From positions 1 through 27,037 of IMG/VR virus record IMGVR_UViG_3300006863_000015: a stretch of DNA of 27,037 bases, one strand, 5' to 3'. This DNA is from a virus (Duplodnaviria > Caudoviricetes). Positions within the stretch are counted from its first letter, which is position 1. Each line of letters opens with the position of its first letter. Below the pieces are notes generated by a model. It worked only from the letters and a program-made list of their open reading frames with translations, was not told the DNA's origin and searched no databases. This document shows, piece by piece, positions 24,593 to 27,037 of the stretch. The position numbers and the translations under genes are program-made.

Positions 24593-25891
24593 TTAGGTTA
24601 GCCACGAGGGCAGGGATTCGGCAGCGGGTGCTGCTTCAACTGCACCGAACATCGGCGCAGCATTCAGTACGACAGCGGGGCGGCTGTCAGATTCGGGGAC
24701 AACAGTCAGCTTGCCAGCCATCTTGACGACGTACTCGTTTTCCATCGTTTTAAGTTGGCGATCTGACAGTTGCATCTTGGTTCCGTCACGCTTTTCCCAG
24801 GTCAGCTTCTCAGCCTTGGCGGGAGTGACGAGTTTGGTTTCATAGACCGCGGTCTTAGGGACACCCATCTTGACCAGCTTCTCGGCCATCTGCTCCTCGG
24901 GCAGCGCCCAGGCGCGTGAGCCGCGGCCATTAACCAGCTTCAAGCCGGGGATCGATTGACCGGCCTCCAGACGGCGCAGGGCTTCCTTCTCCACGCCCTC
25001 GAGTAGCTGGCGCATGAGCGGAGCCGCCTCCATGATCTGTCTGATCTGGGCGTCATCCATTGTCGTGGGGTCTTTGTCGGCGCTTTGCTGCGCCACATCC
25101 ATCGGGTTCATTACTGCTGGCTGGAACATGATTCCCACCTCCTTCATTACGTTACTTGCCAGCGCGGCGCAGGAGCCTTTGGCGCGGCAAAATTTACATT
25201 GACTATCACCCGGAACCAGCGGTGCGTTGGGGTCATCGCAGCGTTGGCCTTCGACGATCAGTTTACCACTTAAATCCAGAATGTTTTGCACTGACACCTC
25301 GTGCGAGGTGATCGGCCTCATGCCCTTCAGCGCCAGCTTGGGCTGGATGATGGTCATGCGGATGCGCTTCCAAGGGTACTGGCCGTTGATGGGTAACTTC
25401 AACTCAGCCAAGCAGCCGATCGCGTACAACTCTAGTTGATGGTTGCCCTCGGCCTCCACCACACCCATGCCGTCCTTGTAGTCCACCAGTTCGAGCACCT
25501 CAGTGCCGCGTATCTGGATGTCCACTGTGCCGCTCATGTCGTCACGGCCCAGCAGGTGCAGAGGGTTGACCCGCGTTTCCGCGACAACCTCGCACATGCC
25601 GAACTGCTCCGCGATGCGGTGCTTCACGTAGTCCGTGGCAACCTTGACCCTGGCAGCGCGGTCAGCGTCCACCTTGAAAGCCCCATCGTCATCACTCAGG
25701 ACTTGGCCGATCATTGTCTCAGGCTCAACGCCTTCGCTAAGACAGTGCTCAAGCAGTGTGTGACTGTGGGTGCCGTCAATCGCGGCTTCGCTGGTGCGCT
25801 CATCTGGGTACTTGGCTTCCTCACGAATGCTGCCCGGACACAGCGCCCAGCGGTGGCGCTTGCTCGGGGACAGGTTAGCGTGGGTGCTCAT
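24593..25891 (-). CDS. DUF2800 Cas4-like (PD-(D/E)XK) exonuclease
   Basis: HA.LSPS...RW..CPGS, GT.D, DYK.G, QL.LYA, C.FC.....C. Confidence 0.87.
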   Translation of the reverse strand: MSTHANLSPSKRHRWALCPGSIREEAKYPDERTSEAAIDGTHSHTLLEHCLSEGVEPETMIGQVLSDDDGAFKVDADRAARVKVATDYVKHRIAEQFGMCEVVAETRVNPLHLLGRDDMSGTVDIQIRGTEVLELVDYKDGMGVVEAEGNHQLELYAIGCLAELKLPINGQYPWKRIRMTIIQPKLALKGMRPITSHEVSVQNILDLSGKLIVEGQRCDDPNAPLVPGDSQCKFCRAKGSCAALASNVMKEVGIMFQPAVMNPMDVAQQSADKDPTTMDDAQIRQIMEAAPLMRQLLEGVEKEALRRLEAGQSIPGLKLVNGRGSRAWALPEEQMAEKLVKMGVPKTAVYETKLVTPAKAEKLTWEKRDGTKMQLSDRQLKTMENEYVVKMAGKLTVVPESDSRPAVVLNAAPMFGAVEAAPAAESLPSWLT

Positions 25892-26202
25892 AATTTGTTT
25901 TCATCCAACCGATGATCGCCACACCAATCGGTCATGTAAACGACGGGGTATCCACCCATGCTCGGCGCATGCCGTCGGCAACGACCAACCTCATGCTGTC
26001 CAGGGTGAGACAAGTGGTTGGTTGGTTCTTTTTTTACAAACCAAATGCAAGTTTTGCATCGCATTCCAGAAGACCGATGAACCCACGGGTCTGCCAATTG
26101 CTTTGCTTGTTGCGTTACTTGTTGCGCTACTTTGGCGTTGTGAGCTTCAATCGCAGCCTCGGAAACTTCGCGGTACAAATTAGGTTGTTCACGTTCTATC
26201 AT
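25888..26202 (-). CDS. Cys-rich small hypothetical protein
   Basis: CKTC.W......G.CRRHAP....YP.V...DWCG pattern; coupled to DUF2800. Confidence 0.65.
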   Translation of the reverse strand: MIEREQPNLYREVSEAAIEAHNAKVAQQVTQQAKQLADPWVHRSSGMRCKTCIWFVKKEPTNHLSHPGQHEVGRCRRHAPSMGGYPVVYMTDWCGDHRLDENKL

Positions 26203-26205
26203 GGT

Positions 26206-26628
26206 TTACCCCTTCAGCGCTTCAACACCAGCATGCAGGGCACCGTAGTGCTCAGGCTTGACATCGTTGATGTTGCCGTAGCCCAGGCCAGTCAATACCT
26301 TCTGAATCTCGGCACCCTTCTGCGGGCCAAGCGCCTTGTATGCGCTCATCACATAGTCGATCAGCCCCTTCGGATCGCTGAACGGAGCACCAGTGGCGGC
26401 GGGCGCAGCGGGGGCGGGTTGAAACGTGGGAGGTGCGGGCATGGCAGCAGCCACCGGTGCAGGGGCTGGAGCGGGTGCCGGTGCAACCACGGGTGCTGGC
26501 GCAGCCGAGATCGTAACGGTATTGGGGTTTACCACAGGGGCGGCTGGCGCTACATTCGTAGATTCCAGTTTCGCGGTCAGGGCAATGACGGCGGCGGTCA
26601 GGGCTTCAATCTTGGATTCGAGGGACAT
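26206..26628 (-). CDS. Hypothetical protein with Pro/Ala linker
   Basis: MSLE.KIEALT.AV..LT coiled N-terminus, PA-rich linker, small helical C-domain; AGGAG SD. Confidence 0.75.
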   Translation of the reverse strand: MSLESKIEALTAAVIALTAKLESTNVAPAAPVVNPNTVTISAAPAPVVAPAPAPAPAPVAAAMPAPPTFQPAPAAPAATGAPFSDPKGLIDYVMSAYKALGPQKGAEIQKVLTGLGYGNINDVKPEHYGALHAGVEALKG

Positions 26629-26809
26629 ACAGTGACTCCTTACGGGGGTTAGGTTGGATTACAAGTCGATCATCAAGAAAAGCCTCGATGAGTTCACGCA
26701 AGACATCGGACGGTTTCCCGTATCGCTCTGCCTTGCGATTGAACGCGGTACGGACACGGTTTGTGACTCGTAGAGTCATGTGCGTGTCGAATGATTTAAG
26801 TGCGGGCAT
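26606..26809 (-). CDS. Ribbon-helix-helix (Arc/CopG-like) transcriptional regulator
   Basis: Alternating beta strand HMTLRV, helix, G turn, PSDVLRELIEAFL; GGAG SD; first gene after the leftward promoter. Confidence 0.7.
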   Translation of the reverse strand: MPALKSFDTHMTLRVTNRVRTAFNRKAERYGKPSDVLRELIEAFLDDRLVIQPNPRKESLYVPRIQD

Positions 26810-26831
26810 TTAGAAAAATCTCCGTTTGATG

Positions 26832-26860
26832 TTGCAATCGTAACACGGTTGCTGTACGAT
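26832..26860 (+). promoter_or_regulatory. Rightward sigma70-type promoter
   Basis: TTGCAA (26832-37), 17-nt spacer, TACGAT (26855-60). Confidence 0.6.
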
Positions 26861-26866
26861 GTGCAA
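26837..26866 (-). promoter_or_regulatory. Leftward sigma70-type promoter for the RHH/replication operon
   Basis: TTGCAC (26866-61), 18-nt spacer, TGn-TACGAT (26842-37). Confidence 0.6.
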
Positions 26867-26898
26867 CAGGTCAAGCGAAAATATTTTTGGAGCAATAA

Positions 26899-27003
26899 AT
26901 GACAAGCGGAAAAAGAAACGCCTCGGGGGTCAGCCGAGGCGCAAGAGGAATACCCATGAGGAGACTGTCGGCAACTGCAATTACCAACGGGTTGAGTGTA
27001 TGA
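26899..27003 (+). CDS. Putative leader peptide (34 aa; 15 aa from in-frame ATG 26956)
   Basis: GGAG before ATG 26899 and GAGGA before ATG 26956; its TGA overlaps the ATG at 27000. Confidence 0.45.
   Translation: MTSGKRNASGVSRGARGIPMRRLSATAITNGLSV
26910..26941 (-). terminator. Intrinsic terminator on the - strand
   Basis: Perfect 8-bp stem CGCCTCGG/CCGAGGCG, 7-nt loop, followed on - by TTTCTTTTT. Confidence 0.8.
26910..26988 (-). ncRNA. Putative antisense small RNA (~79 nt)
   Basis: Promoter TTGCAC-17-TACACT directly upstream, 9-bp 5' hairpin, CU-rich middle, intrinsic terminator. Confidence 0.6.
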
Positions 27004-27023
27004 CAGCAGTCCAATCAGTGCAA
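26995..27023 (-). promoter_or_regulatory. Promoter of the putative antisense RNA
   Basis: TTGCAC (27023-18), 17-nt spacer, TACACT (27000-26995). Confidence 0.6.
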
Positions 27024-27037
27024 CAACATCCCGCATC
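27000..27037 (+). CDS. 5' end of a rightward gene (MTAVQSVQQHPA...), possibly primase/primase-polymerase
   Basis: Open to the window edge; only 12 codons are visible; identity inferred solely because the replication module otherwise lacks a primase. Confidence 0.35.
   Translation, partial: MTAVQSVQQHPA

Noticed and set aside
26776-27036. 86-aa - strand ORF at the right edge
   Set aside because: Runs through a - strand terminator and the promoter region, with no motif; better explained by the sRNA and regulatory elements

Overview
About 27 kb of a tailed dsDNA phage with a P22-like podovirus morphogenesis operon. The + strand (1-19619) carries, in order: the terminase C-terminus, four small Lys-rich proteins, portal, a Dps/ferritin-like protein, an AT-rich three-gene fibre/tailspike cassette, scaffold, P22-type coat, decoration proteins, gp4/gp10-like tail parts, three ejection proteins and a lysis cassette with an M15 endolysin. 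Converging on it is a - strand early/replication operon (19651-26809): ribbon-helix-helix (RHH) regulator, DUF2800 Cas4-like nuclease, DUF2815 SSB, family-B-type DNA polymerase, VRR-NUC, SNF2-like helicase and an NrdR-like Zn ribbon. No tRNA, CRISPR array or integrase is visible. The most interesting signals are non-coding and suggest an RNA-level control layer. (1) A predicted ~79-nt antisense sRNA with its own promoter, 5' hairpin and terminator covers a leader ORF coupled to the next gene, beside interlocked divergent promoters and an RHH gene, which resembles plasmid copy-control logic. (2) A GAGTAACTGTAATG motif recurs at the start codons of several replication genes. (3) A ~90-nt pseudoknotted RNA lies just upstream of the polymerase. 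(4) A small pseudoknot leader precedes the scaffold gene. All family assignments come from motif recognition and gene order by eye; no database searches or folding programs were run.
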